Assembly: GCA_004764695.1 (NCBI GenBank)
Contig: SMSO01000035.1
Coordinates: 3,608,040-3,672,039, forward strand
DNA length: 64,000 nucleotides
Origin: Schizochytrium sp. TIO01
Lineage: Eukaryota; Protista; Bigyra: Labyrinthulomycetes
Direction of reading: 5' to 3'
The notes beneath the pieces were generated by a model, which had not been told where the DNA came from, ran no database searches, and saw only the letters and a program-made list of their open reading frames with translations. The translations under genes and the position numbers were made by a program. Numbering within the stretch: position 1 is the first letter of the stretch; each line of letters starts with the position of its first letter. This document shows, in pieces, positions 33,125 to 42,571 of the stretch.

Positions 33125-36100
33125 CTACTCGCTGGAAGATGCGGCATCATCAGCAGAGGGAGGCATTTGCTCTGTTTCTTCAGCAACGTTTTTAGGGTTA
33201 CGCTGCACTTCACCGGAGGCCAAGAAAGAGTTGATGTTTTTGAGCTGACGACTATCATCGCCATTGGCATCCTCGTACAAACATTGATATTTTTCACAGC
33301 AATGTTGGAATTTTGGCCCTTCCCAATATACTCGATAACACGCAGGCTGTTTACATCGATAAAAATGAGTTACAGTCTGCAAAATTTCACTTGGGACGGC
33401 TTCCACCGATTTGTGCCCTTCACTTTTGAGACGAATGATTTCGTCAGGCTCAATAGTTTCGAAACCAAGTCCATTGCACTTGATACAACGTGACAAGAAG
33501 CCACCCATGTCTAGCTTTATTGCATACAACCTGCATATCTCCTCAAACTGTTTAAAGCGGTCCGAGTGATTACTGAGCATTACAATATTGTCCTTACGAA
33601 ACCTCTCCACCACCTTACGATCCGTGGTGAGGAATACGCGATTTTCGGAACGTGCACTTGCCAGAACTAAATTAAGTTCCTGAGTGCGCAAGGCGTTACG
33701 CTGGCGCTTAAGCACAAGCCGCTCCCCGACTGGTACAGACTGCGGGTGTGGTTCACCTGCAGCAGCTGCAGCATGGATTTCCTCTACACCAGGTACATCT
33801 GTGGTCTTAGTACAATCCATGCCCACAATGCGAAGCATTTTGCCTACTTTACCAAGCATGTTGTCCACAATGAACTTGGTTTCTACCTGTGAGCTTAATT
33901 GGGGCTTAGAAGCTGGTTTAGTTGCATTGCTTATTCCACTTAAGATTACATCAGCGCACATTCTAGACATCGTGTCTACAGAATCAAAACGAACACAGTG
34001 TACAAATGACCCAATACCTGTGAAGACAGGACCGGTCAATTCCAAAATAGCGCTGTCACAAATAACTCGGAACTTGCCTTTCACCTTGCTACCCTTGCCT
34101 TGGCGTTGCGATACCCCAGCAATAGGGCCCAACGCACCGCCAGGCATATTAAACTTAATTAAACATTCATCAGCAGTGGCTCGCCGCACCATGCCATTTG
34201 CCCACGTACACAATTGATCCTCCTTCACAGTCGAGTCACCCCGAACGAGTACAAGAACTGGTTTCCAGCCACTTCCCCCTTCGTTGACCATATAAGCCAT
34301 TGATTTAAGAACTTGGCTTGGTGCAACACCAAGATCGCTTGCCACTTTCTTGACAGCAACCATATCGTGAGAAAGTTTGACAAGGCGGACTTCACCTTCT
34401 GTTGATGCTGTAGCCCCACCTGTACTGCTGGTATAAGCATTCATTTCAGTTTCGTTTACAAATTGACAAGCTAAGCCCTGGCATCGTCGTTTAAGCTCAT
34501 TTTTGGCAAGTTCGAAGTAGTCTTCGTTCTGCTGCCGTGTCGCATTCAGTGCAACTTGAGATTTATGCTCCATTGCGACGCGTTGCTGTTGAGGGGCTTT
34601 GCTGTTATCGCTGATACGTTTGTGGCGATGGTGATTTGGTTCTGAGATTCGGTCACAGTCCATCAAAAGTTCAGGGGGGCAGCTATGATGGGGGAAAACC
34701 TCATCAGTCACTTGTGCGAGGGCATACGCGTCAAGTGCTGCATAGTGTATTTGATTACTACGAAGCGGACGCGCTTCCCAATTACTGAGCTGCTCAAGCT
34801 TACAAAGTCTTTTACCAAGCACTTGCAAAACCAGGTCCTTGAGACCACGCGTCACCTTTCGCGTGTGTAAAGCCTTCCATTTGTTTTCTTCCTCAACGTC
34901 CGATGATACAAGACTTATATGTGAGAAGTCTAAGAGAGAGCAAAGCTCTCGCCAACAGGCGTGATTAGGATATGAACGCGTCAGAACATCGAGGTCTGAA
35001 GAAAAGCCATAAGCCACTTTGATAAGATCCTTTCGAGTAAACATGTGCTTAATCTCTTCACAAAGCTTTGCCACGATATCTGACTGCTGACGCATAAGCC
35101 ATATAAGGTCAAGAATAAAGACTTGCGAACGACTTGATAATTGTAAAATACTAGCTACATTGTGACGAGAGTCCAAGCTTGCCTTCCACTCTCCATCCAT
35201 TGCCACAATATTTTGGGGTCCCATTCCATGCAGCCATTCAATGGCCTGCGTGGCGGTTGCTTCATCATCTACAAATACGACAGCAGACTCGACTTCGGTA
35301 GGAAGGTGCAGATACTCTCCCTCGCGTTCTTTCGCATGCTTGTCCACTGCGGCTTGATCAATTGATTTGTAGGCAACGCTTTCAGTAGAGAGACCAAGCC
35401 TATCAGCTGTATAGCGGGCCAGCCAGTGACGTCCTTGCTCCACTAGTTGCCCTACTACATAAATGGTAAGGTTTGGGTCGTGGTAACGCTCCAGGCGAAA
35501 GAGTACCTCTGAAAATTTCTTTTTTTCCATTGTAGTCACTAACGAACCGCGACGGTACGCTTGGACGAGGTCCGGAAACTCATTTTCTAGACGCATATCT
35601 TTCATACAAGAATGAGCCTTCCACATATTAGGTGGGTTCATGTGAAGTGCTGTTTCAATGTACACTCGAGCTAAATTTTTACTTCCGTCTGCATTCACTA
35701 GCTTTTGCATGAAGCTAAACCAGTGCAGCTGCACACCCGTGCGGACAAAGGCATTGAGGTCGATACTACAGTTCGGTTCCCGTACCAAGTCAAATTCCAT
35801 GATCAGTTCTGTGGCCTCCTTTACGCAAAAACTCACTTCTCTTTCCCATGCAGCCTTGTGCTTAAGGCCCTGCATGTTCACATGCTTATAAAACCGATCC
35901 ACGGCAGCCTCCGCCATTGCGGCTCCGGTCGCCTGTGCTACACGAACTCTGAACACCTGCATCACGCGTAAAATGGACATCCCGCTAGGTAATACGTGTG
36001 CCAGGTTCTCGTCTTGCCGCATGTACGCATCATACCTTTGTGCAAACAATGTATTGCACAGGGTCAACGCTCTCGAGGTTGCCGCCACATTTGATAAGGC

Positions 36101-36547
36101 GTCCCGCGATTTACTATTGCTGCCATCTCCCGTAGAAGTCTTTTGCAGAGCTAGCGATAGCGCATCAAGGCACACAAAGAGAAGATCTGAGAATTCCTTG
36201 TGCGACAAGAGAACCTCGTACAGCACCACTACTTTCTCCAAGTCCTGCTCCACGAGCTGCCGCATACCCGCGTACAAGCCATCCTTGCGCAACTTCCACT
36301 GCGCTGCTGCAGCGCGCTTTCGGTCCGCAGGTCGGATTGTATTTCCAGTTCCAGTGTTACCGACAGAGTGTGTGTTCTTCAGCGCGTGCAAAACATGTTC
36401 TGCTGCAATGTGCACAGAAGCTTCGCCGTCGAATGCGTGGAGGTCGGCGTTCAAGAGGTCGCTGAGCGCATGCTGGAGCGCAGAGAGAACCTGAGGCGCA
36501 TGGCCTGCGCGACGAGCCGGTGGGGGTCGAAACGGGAGGGGATTCAT
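33125..36547 (-). CDS. EXD3: MUT-7/EXD3-family 3'-5' exonuclease with inserted YbaK/aminoacyl-tRNA editing-like domain and C-terminal Mut7-C domain
   Basis: 1140 aa. DEDDy exonuclease motifs VAMDGEW, GFSSDL, EQLSNWEARPL..QIHYAALDA. YbaK-like VASDLGV..SQVLKSM..PVLVLVRGD..VRRAT..GALGP. Mut7-C KFIVDNMLGKVGKMLRIVGMD..ARSENRVFLTTDR..SRCIKCNG..FYRC..CYRVYWEG. Confidence 0.88.
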   Translation of the reverse strand: MNPLPFRPPPARRAGHAPQVLSALQHALSDLLNADLHAFDGEASVHIAAEHVLHALKNTHSVGNTGTGNTIRPADRKRAAAAQWKLRKDGLYAGMRQLVEQDLEKVVVLYEVLLSHKEFSDLLFVCLDALSLALQKTSTGDGSNSKSRDALSNVAATSRALTLCNTLFAQRYDAYMRQDENLAHVLPSGMSILRVMQVFRVRVAQATGAAMAEAAVDRFYKHVNMQGLKHKAAWEREVSFCVKEATELIMEFDLVREPNCSIDLNAFVRTGVQLHWFSFMQKLVNADGSKNLARVYIETALHMNPPNMWKAHSCMKDMRLENEFPDLVQAYRRGSLVTTMEKKKFSEVLFRLERYHDPNLTIYVVGQLVEQGRHWLARYTADRLGLSTESVAYKSIDQAAVDKHAKEREGEYLHLPTEVESAVVFVDDEATATQAIEWLHGMGPQNIVAMDGEWKASLDSRHNVASILQLSSRSQVFILDLIWLMRQQSDIVAKLCEEIKHMFTRKDLIKVAYGFSSDLDVLTRSYPNHACWRELCSLLDFSHISLVSSDVEEENKWKALHTRKVTRGLKDLVLQVLGKRLCKLEQLSNWEARPLRSNQIHYAALDAYALAQVTDEVFPHHSCPPELLMDCDRISEPNHHRHKRISDNSKAPQQQRVAMEHKSQVALNATRQQNEDYFELAKNELKRRCQGLACQFVNETEMNAYTSSTGGATASTEGEVRLVKLSHDMVAVKKVASDLGVAPSQVLKSMAYMVNEGGSGWKPVLVLVRGDSTVKEDQLCTWANGMVRRATADECLIKFNMPGGALGPIAGVSQRQGKGSKVKGKFRVICDSAILELTGPVFTGIGSFVHCVRFDSVDTMSRMCADVILSGISNATKPASKPQLSSQVETKFIVDNMLGKVGKMLRIVGMDCTKTTDVPGVEEIHAAAAAGEPHPQSVPVGERLVLKRQRNALRTQELNLVLASARSENRVFLTTDRKVVERFRKDNIVMLSNHSDRFKQFEEICRLYAIKLDMGGFLSRCIKCNGLGFETIEPDEIIRLKSEGHKSVEAVPSEILQTVTHFYRCKQPACYRVYWEGPKFQHCCEKYQCLYEDANGDDSRQLKNINSFLASGEVQRNPKNVAEETEQMPPSADDAASSSE

Positions 36548-36727
36548 GGCCGAGCTACTCGCTGGCTGGCGGGCTTGCTCGTGCGCGCACAGCGAAACGA
36601 GGGGGGCGAGTGATTAAGTATTGAAGAAGGATCCCCTGTGACATTTGAGTTTCTTCTTTTTTCTTAATTAGTTTTCCTTTTTTCTCTTTTTCAATTTAGC
36701 GTTTCATTTGGGGCATTTGTGCGCGGT

Positions 36728-36747
36728 GATTGTGAGCGCTCACAATC
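36728..36747. promoter_or_regulatory. Perfect 20-bp palindrome GATTGTGAGCGCTCACAATC in the divergent promoter region (putative dimeric factor site)
   Basis: The sequence equals its own reverse complement and lies about 180 bp upstream of the EXD3/MUT-7 ATG. The regulatory role is inference. Confidence 0.45.
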
Positions 36748-37661
36748 CCGAAAACGGCGAAAAAGAGACTCACACTGCAAAGCTTTGATATAGGCTTGCT
36801 CCTTTCTTGCGACTGCGATGGAATGTGTGCGGTACAGATAAAAACTAGATTGCCTTCCTCATCATTAGTTTTGTGTTTTCTTGGTTAAATTTTGGGGTGG
36901 CCGTCATGGCGGGGATTATAGAAGGAAACAAGGTTCGAGGGAGACTTTCAGATTTTGATCCACAGCTCATGGCTGTTTCTTATTGTATTCCCTGATTTTG
37001 AGATGCCCTGGTGAGATTCCTACCAATGCTCAAGCTGAAGAAAGGAGAGAGTTTGATTGAGAGCTCTGATCGAAGATTGGGTTCCATAGTTCACTGTGTA
37101 AGATTTGCAATATACATTTTTTTGTTTAACTCACTACTATGATAATCAACTGCTGTAAGAGCGTGTTGACCAATGTGCAACATCATAATTATGATAGTAG
37201 CTTTTGTCTTATTGACATCCATTTATAGCATCTGATATGAGACGAAAGCTCAGTTTAAGCAGCTCCTGATGTTGAAGAATTTGGTCTCCTAAAGGTATCT
37301 CATACAACTAGCTGAACATGATGAACTTCTCAACTAACGCAGCACGCAAATCGACAATGCGATGTGGCACTCTTCGAGTATTATTCAAGCACCCAAAGGA
37401 AGGCAGAAATTATAATTCGAAGAAGGTTTGGAAAATGAAGGGATTGATCAAAAAAGTCTCTTCTAAATATTATATTAAAATATATTTTTTTTTCTTATTT
37501 TTTTTAATGCCTAAATTAAATCCAAAATAGTTAGTCCGTTGAGTCCCAGCTCTTCGCAACATTCGTTCCACAGGTTCATGATAATGTCTTTTCAATCAGA
37601 ATATCAACTCAGAGCAGGCAAGTAGAAGCAACGACGCATAGAGCGTGCATGGTTGACTCTC

Positions 37662-39125
37662 ATGAGAGGCGCGGGCCCAAGCAAGGGCAGGTGGTTTGAG
37701 TACGACGGAGAGCGAGAAAGGTTTGAGGAGCGCGAACTAGCTCAACTCCGAGCTCGAAAGCGCAACCTAACCAAATATGCGACCGCAGAGCTTGAAGAAA
37801 TTGCGAGGGCTCGAGACGAAGAACTTTGTGATCGCCTTCAGAGGCTTGCAGGCAAGCGATGGGGACTTCTGCTGGATTGCGAGGGTCTCGCTTCTGAAAT
37901 TAGAACTCTAGAGAGCGCGATTACGACAAGTTATCATATTGCCAATTCTGGGCCCGCCGCATTAGACAGAGTCACAGGAATAGAACAGCAAGGCCATATC
38001 GCACGAAGTGCATTTATAGAGACAATCTGTCAAAGCGGTATTGTTCACAGAAATGTTGCAAGAGAGGTCTTTGAAGGGTTTGCAGCTATTCAGTACTTAC
38101 GCAAAGGCCTCATCATCTTTGAGCTCGACGATGTTGATGCACGCGAGATTGTAGCAGCTGCACAGTTCTGCCATCCAAAGCCTGTGTCTGCTGCCAAACG
38201 TCTCATAACAGACCTTTTTGATGTCTATGGATCAACACATATTCGCAAGGAGGAGTTCGAAACCTTGCTAACAATTGGGGTGGAATCAATTGACCAGCTT
38301 TGCAAATGCCGTCCCATGGTTGATAGCGCATGGCGCGAATCACCATCACTTGCAGACAGAGTCAAGGGGCGGATCGCACGTGAAGACTTTCGCAAGATTA
38401 TGCATACTACTCTCAAAACATGGTTTGCGCCTTTAGCCCTCAGGTCTGGCTTACAGAGTGAGTGGGAAGGCATGTATCTTCCCAAAAGTCTTGCGGATCT
38501 CCATTACCAATCTCGCCGCGCTAAGAAAGTTGACGATCAATTCAAACGTTTGAGGTGCCATTGGCGACTTGCACGTGCCCATCGATGCTGGAATTTGTGG
38601 CGGGGGTTTGTCTTACGAAGGCGAAAACTACGAAACATCTTCGGGGCTTGTATACATGTCTGGGGCCATCGAACGCAATATCAGGCCTTCGGGGCTTGGG
38701 TAAGGATACTTGTGGCAGACATCATGGCTCAACGCATACAGAATTTCATACGACAAGCCTTATTTCGCATTCGTGCTTATCAGAGGGGCCTTCGGAAGCG
38801 CGCGGCAAGTACTATTCAGAATACTTGGCGAGGTGCCCTTGCACGGCGATGGCTGAGCCAAATGAAGGTACTCCGTGATCATGCAGCACGCACTATACAA
38901 CGCTTTTGGAGAGTACAGAGAGATGCTTATCAAGTCAAGCTGGCTCTCTTCAGGTCTATTAGTGATGGATGGCAAGTTGAGCGAGTTGAAGCCTGCATAA
39001 AGATCCAGTCCACGTTCCGCATGTACCTAGCAAAGTTGCGTGCAATTTCAAGGCGCCAAGCTATAATTGGCCGACGGAAACGTGCCCAGAAAGAAGGTGC
39101 CTTGTATCCGAGACGAGTTAGGTGA
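37662..39125 (+). CDS. IQ calmodulin-binding motif protein (four IQ motifs, possible degenerate EF-hand region)
   Basis: IQNFIRQALFR, IQNTWRGALARR, IQRFWRVQRD, IQSTFRMYLAK. LFDVYGSTHIRKEEFETLL resembles an EF-hand. The start is uncertain (first ATG in the ORF is at 37662). Confidence 0.75.
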   Translation: MRGAGPSKGRWFEYDGERERFEERELAQLRARKRNLTKYATAELEEIARARDEELCDRLQRLAGKRWGLLLDCEGLASEIRTLESAITTSYHIANSGPAALDRVTGIEQQGHIARSAFIETICQSGIVHRNVAREVFEGFAAIQYLRKGLIIFELDDVDAREIVAAAQFCHPKPVSAAKRLITDLFDVYGSTHIRKEEFETLLTIGVESIDQLCKCRPMVDSAWRESPSLADRVKGRIAREDFRKIMHTTLKTWFAPLALRSGLQSEWEGMYLPKSLADLHYQSRRAKKVDDQFKRLRCHWRLARAHRCWNLWRGFVLRRRKLRNIFGACIHVWGHRTQYQAFGAWVRILVADIMAQRIQNFIRQALFRIRAYQRGLRKRAASTIQNTWRGALARRWLSQMKVLRDHAARTIQRFWRVQRDAYQVKLALFRSISDGWQVERVEACIKIQSTFRMYLAKLRAISRRQAIIGRRKRAQKEGALYPRRVR

Positions 39126-40193
39126 CATATTTTCTGCTAGGTAAAATTGGAAGTAGGGTTACTAAAACTTTCGTAATACTAGTGTTCCAACATATTATAG
39201 GGTAAAATATATTTTTATAGGCTTGTATAGGGAATATGTGTAGCAGAAATTTTAGAAGATGTTGCACTAGACAGAAGATTAAGATGCCATAATGAGTTAG
39301 AGGATTGCCACTTTGATGAAAGTGTCACGGTATCATACATGGCCCAACCTACTTGATGGTCATACCCTGTTGCTGAATTATGAGTGGGCTGCACTAATTT
39401 AGACATAGAGAGACAAATGTGTCAAGAGAGAGCCTTGCAGCTTCATCACATTGCAGCTTCATCGCCCATTGATATAAAATAGTCCACTCATCAATGTACG
39501 ATATGTTACCAGAAGAGGTATCGTCGTCACATTATCTCCTTCCGATAGTGAATCGAGCAATCTAGCTGTTTGGTGCGAAGCGCTGGAGACACCACCTACA
39601 ATACAATTATAACGCATCTAAAAAGCTCTCGCCAAAAGTAAAACTATAGTTTCTATCCTCATACTCCCCCTAGCTACTACACCAATGCAATCCGTTGAAC
39701 AAGCACACGGCAAGACTGCAGCAGGCTAAACCTTTTGCTAATACCATCAGTGTTGTTGATGTCATTAGAATAGATCTTTTCGAAGAGATAAGAACCTACG
39801 TCATAGCGAGATGGACATCTGCTTCATAACTTTTGTAGTAGAAACTAAGTAAACACACGTGCATACGCAGGAGACCTCTAGACCAGTAATAATTGCACGA
39901 AGAGGTCTATTGGTCAACATGAGTCGTCTTTCCAAAAAGAAAACAGCAGATAGTGCAGAGACTTTGGGGAATTGCAACCTGCAGAGGGAGTTAAACAAAA
40001 ACGAGAAACAAAAGCATCTAATTGAGGCTGCTGTGTATGCGTTGCAGATTGCAGACGTTTAAATTGACATTGAGGAGCAGAAGCGATTGGTGCAGAAGCG
40101 TAGGGGGGGGACTAAGAATTGATTTTGTCAACTCGTAAACTCATACGGTAGCTGTGGAAATGCGCATTTACACAACAATAGAGAGCTCTAGAC

Positions 40194-40997
40194 CTAGATA
40201 AGGCCTCCAGCGTTGTTGAGCGATGGACTGGAGCCAGACAAAGGTTCAAACTCGGTGTACTTCTTGCTGTTGCCCATTGCTTTATCTTTCGGGTACTTGG
40301 CATCGTTCTTTTGAATTTTCTCCAGGGTGGCGTTGGCCAAGTCAATCCCACAACGGTCAGCTAACCGCGTGACATAGATGAGGATGTCTGCCAGCTCGTC
40401 AGCAACACGAACACGATCCTTATGAGAGAACCCCCCAAGACCAGGTGTTACTCCTTCACGCCACTGGAAGATGGCAGCAAGCTCACCAACCTCGCCAGTA
40501 AGAGCAAGAATTAAATTCCGGGGTGTGTGAAACTGCTCCCAGTTCCGCTCGTCGCTAAACGCCTGAATGCGCTCACGAATGCCTTCAAGTGTGACGCCAC
40601 CAGCAAATGGCGTCGGGGTAAAAGGCTGTGAGGACACAGCTTGCACCATGACCTGCTCCGAAACGGAGTCCTTGTGAGCGCGCATGCGCTTAGCAGCATT
40701 TGTGTTGCGCTTCTTACCCTTGGGTGGACCACGTTTCTTCGAAAAAGAGTAAACACACTCCAAGCCCTTCTTTGCACAACGTTTGCAAGGAGTCTCGCCG
40801 GAGCACTTGACCTTAATCTGTGTGCACATGTCACAAGAGGTTTTACGCACCGAGGTTACCGAATTTCCCACATGTTGCGGCGGCGGCTGGTGGTGATCTG
40901 GTGGCTGTTCATGTGCATAAGGCTGGTTAGGTCCACCCTGACCCTGTACCATGTCTTGCTGCTGGTGGATGCTCATCATCAAATCATTGGTATCCAT
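40194..40997 (-). CDS. Zn(II)2Cys6 binuclear cluster domain fused to dCTP pyrophosphatase 1 (MazG-like) domain
   Basis: Single ORF, ATG at 40997 (267 aa). SCDMCTQIKVKCSGETPCKRCAKKGLECVY is C-x2-C-x6-C-x5-C-x2-C-x6-C. FSDERNWEQFHTPRNLILALTGEVGELAAIFQW..DELADILIY..GIDL..KIQKNDAKYP..KKYT is the DCTPP1 signature. Confidence 0.92.
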   Translation of the reverse strand: MDTNDLMMSIHQQQDMVQGQGGPNQPYAHEQPPDHHQPPPQHVGNSVTSVRKTSCDMCTQIKVKCSGETPCKRCAKKGLECVYSFSKKRGPPKGKKRNTNAAKRMRAHKDSVSEQVMVQAVSSQPFTPTPFAGGVTLEGIRERIQAFSDERNWEQFHTPRNLILALTGEVGELAAIFQWREGVTPGLGGFSHKDRVRVADELADILIYVTRLADRCGIDLANATLEKIQKNDAKYPKDKAMGNSKKYTEFEPLSGSSPSLNNAGGLI

Positions 40998-42571
40998 AGT
41001 TCCCACGTAATTTGCAATCGATTCCGTTGGGAATCGACGTTGTTAATTCGTCTTCACAGCTCTTGCAAATTTATCTAGGTTTCACGAGCTCTTCACGAGT
41101 CCCGGAACTGTAAACTTTTGTTCTCAATCAAATACTGTCTGGACTCCCACAGAGGCCTCGATGCTAAAGCGATACCCACCGAAGCTGGCGAGGAGCAGAG
41201 ATGCGCACAGTGATATCAACTAAGAATCGACAATAAAGGTAGGGGAAAAACAAAGCGACACAGTAGAAAGAAAGAAAGAACAAAAAAGAAAGAAAGAACA
41301 AATCAATGAACGAGTGATTGATGCTTTCCTTTCTTTGCCTATCTGTCTGACTGTCAGTCTCGCTGTCTGAGGTCTGCCAGGCTCTCCCGCTCAGGACTCG
41401 GCAGAAGCTACAGATGGGCGGCTCTCAGCACGCTTCTGGAGGCGGTTGAGGAGTCGGGGTCTTGGGATGGCTTCGCACGGGGTCCAGGCCGCGGCGGAGC
41501 AGAGGACGAGGAGGAGGCGAAAAGGCCTCGTTTCTCCGAATTTGAGGTTTGCCCGAGCGAGAGGAGATCAAAGAGCGTCAGAGAGCGTTAGAGGGGAAGG
41601 GTGGCAAAATATTCTGAGTACGTGCGACTCCCCCTCTCATCCCCACTACCACCTAACCTCCTCACCTTTTGCTCTCTCTTTCCTATAACCCCCCTCATTG
41701 AGCCTTTCTGCCTCCACTGAGAAGACTCTCCCCCCTCAAGCCCTTGATAAAATGTATTATTCAATAGTTTAATGTGCCTTCTCTCTCTGAAGACCACTGC
41801 CTCTCAATTAGTCAGTGGAGGGTCCTCCTATCACTCAACCCATTTCCGCTCTCCCTTTTTCCTGAGCCAGCAGTTTCGCCGGGGGGTAGACACAGTGTTT
41901 GCTTTGAAGATCCCTGGGAAAAAAGGGCAGGTACCATAGGTACCTCCAATACTTATAACCATGGGTCCCTGAAGTTACCCCAAAACAAAAGTGCGGAAAT
42001 CTGACAGTACCCCCAATTAGGGCCTCTTAGAGGTGAGCTGTAAGAGGCGGTCTTCAGGGATCAGTTCCAGAGGTTCTGATGGACCTACCGGTGGTTATGT
42101 TAGGGTCTCTGATGTTTTCGTATTGTTGTTTTACTTATGGAGCAAAGAACTCGAGACTGAGTTTGTCTATTGAGATGGTGAGGAGGACTGGCGTCCTGAG
42201 GACTTAGATGCTAGCCAGAAGAAGCATAAACCAGGCAAATAGAGACCTGAGAACAGGGATTATTCTAGCAGCTGCATGGAAAATCAGCTACTATGTAGGA
42301 AATGCTGAAAGCACGGTTCTTAGTTAGTTCTAGATTGGTTCCGCGGTTAATTTGTGAGAGCAAGATGATTGTGAAGAAGTTTGGGCTTGATCAATGATCG
42401 ACACCGACAGCGTTATCAGAACGTTTCGTGGCTTTGCACCTCACGGCGCACGCTAATAAAGGGTTTATTGTGCTTTGGTCTGGTGTTTTTGCTGGTTACT
42501 TCGTAAACGCTGTGGGTTTGAAACGTAGAGGCGGCAGGGCTTGTACAAAGGGTTAGGCGTCATCTTTGAAG

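Noticed and set aside
36700-36780. Cloning-vector contamination around the lacO-like palindrome
   Set aside because: The flanks resemble native intergenic DNA, with no T7/lac promoter, polylinker or other vector sequence recognisable, and the outer bases differ from synthetic lacO (G/C versus A/T).
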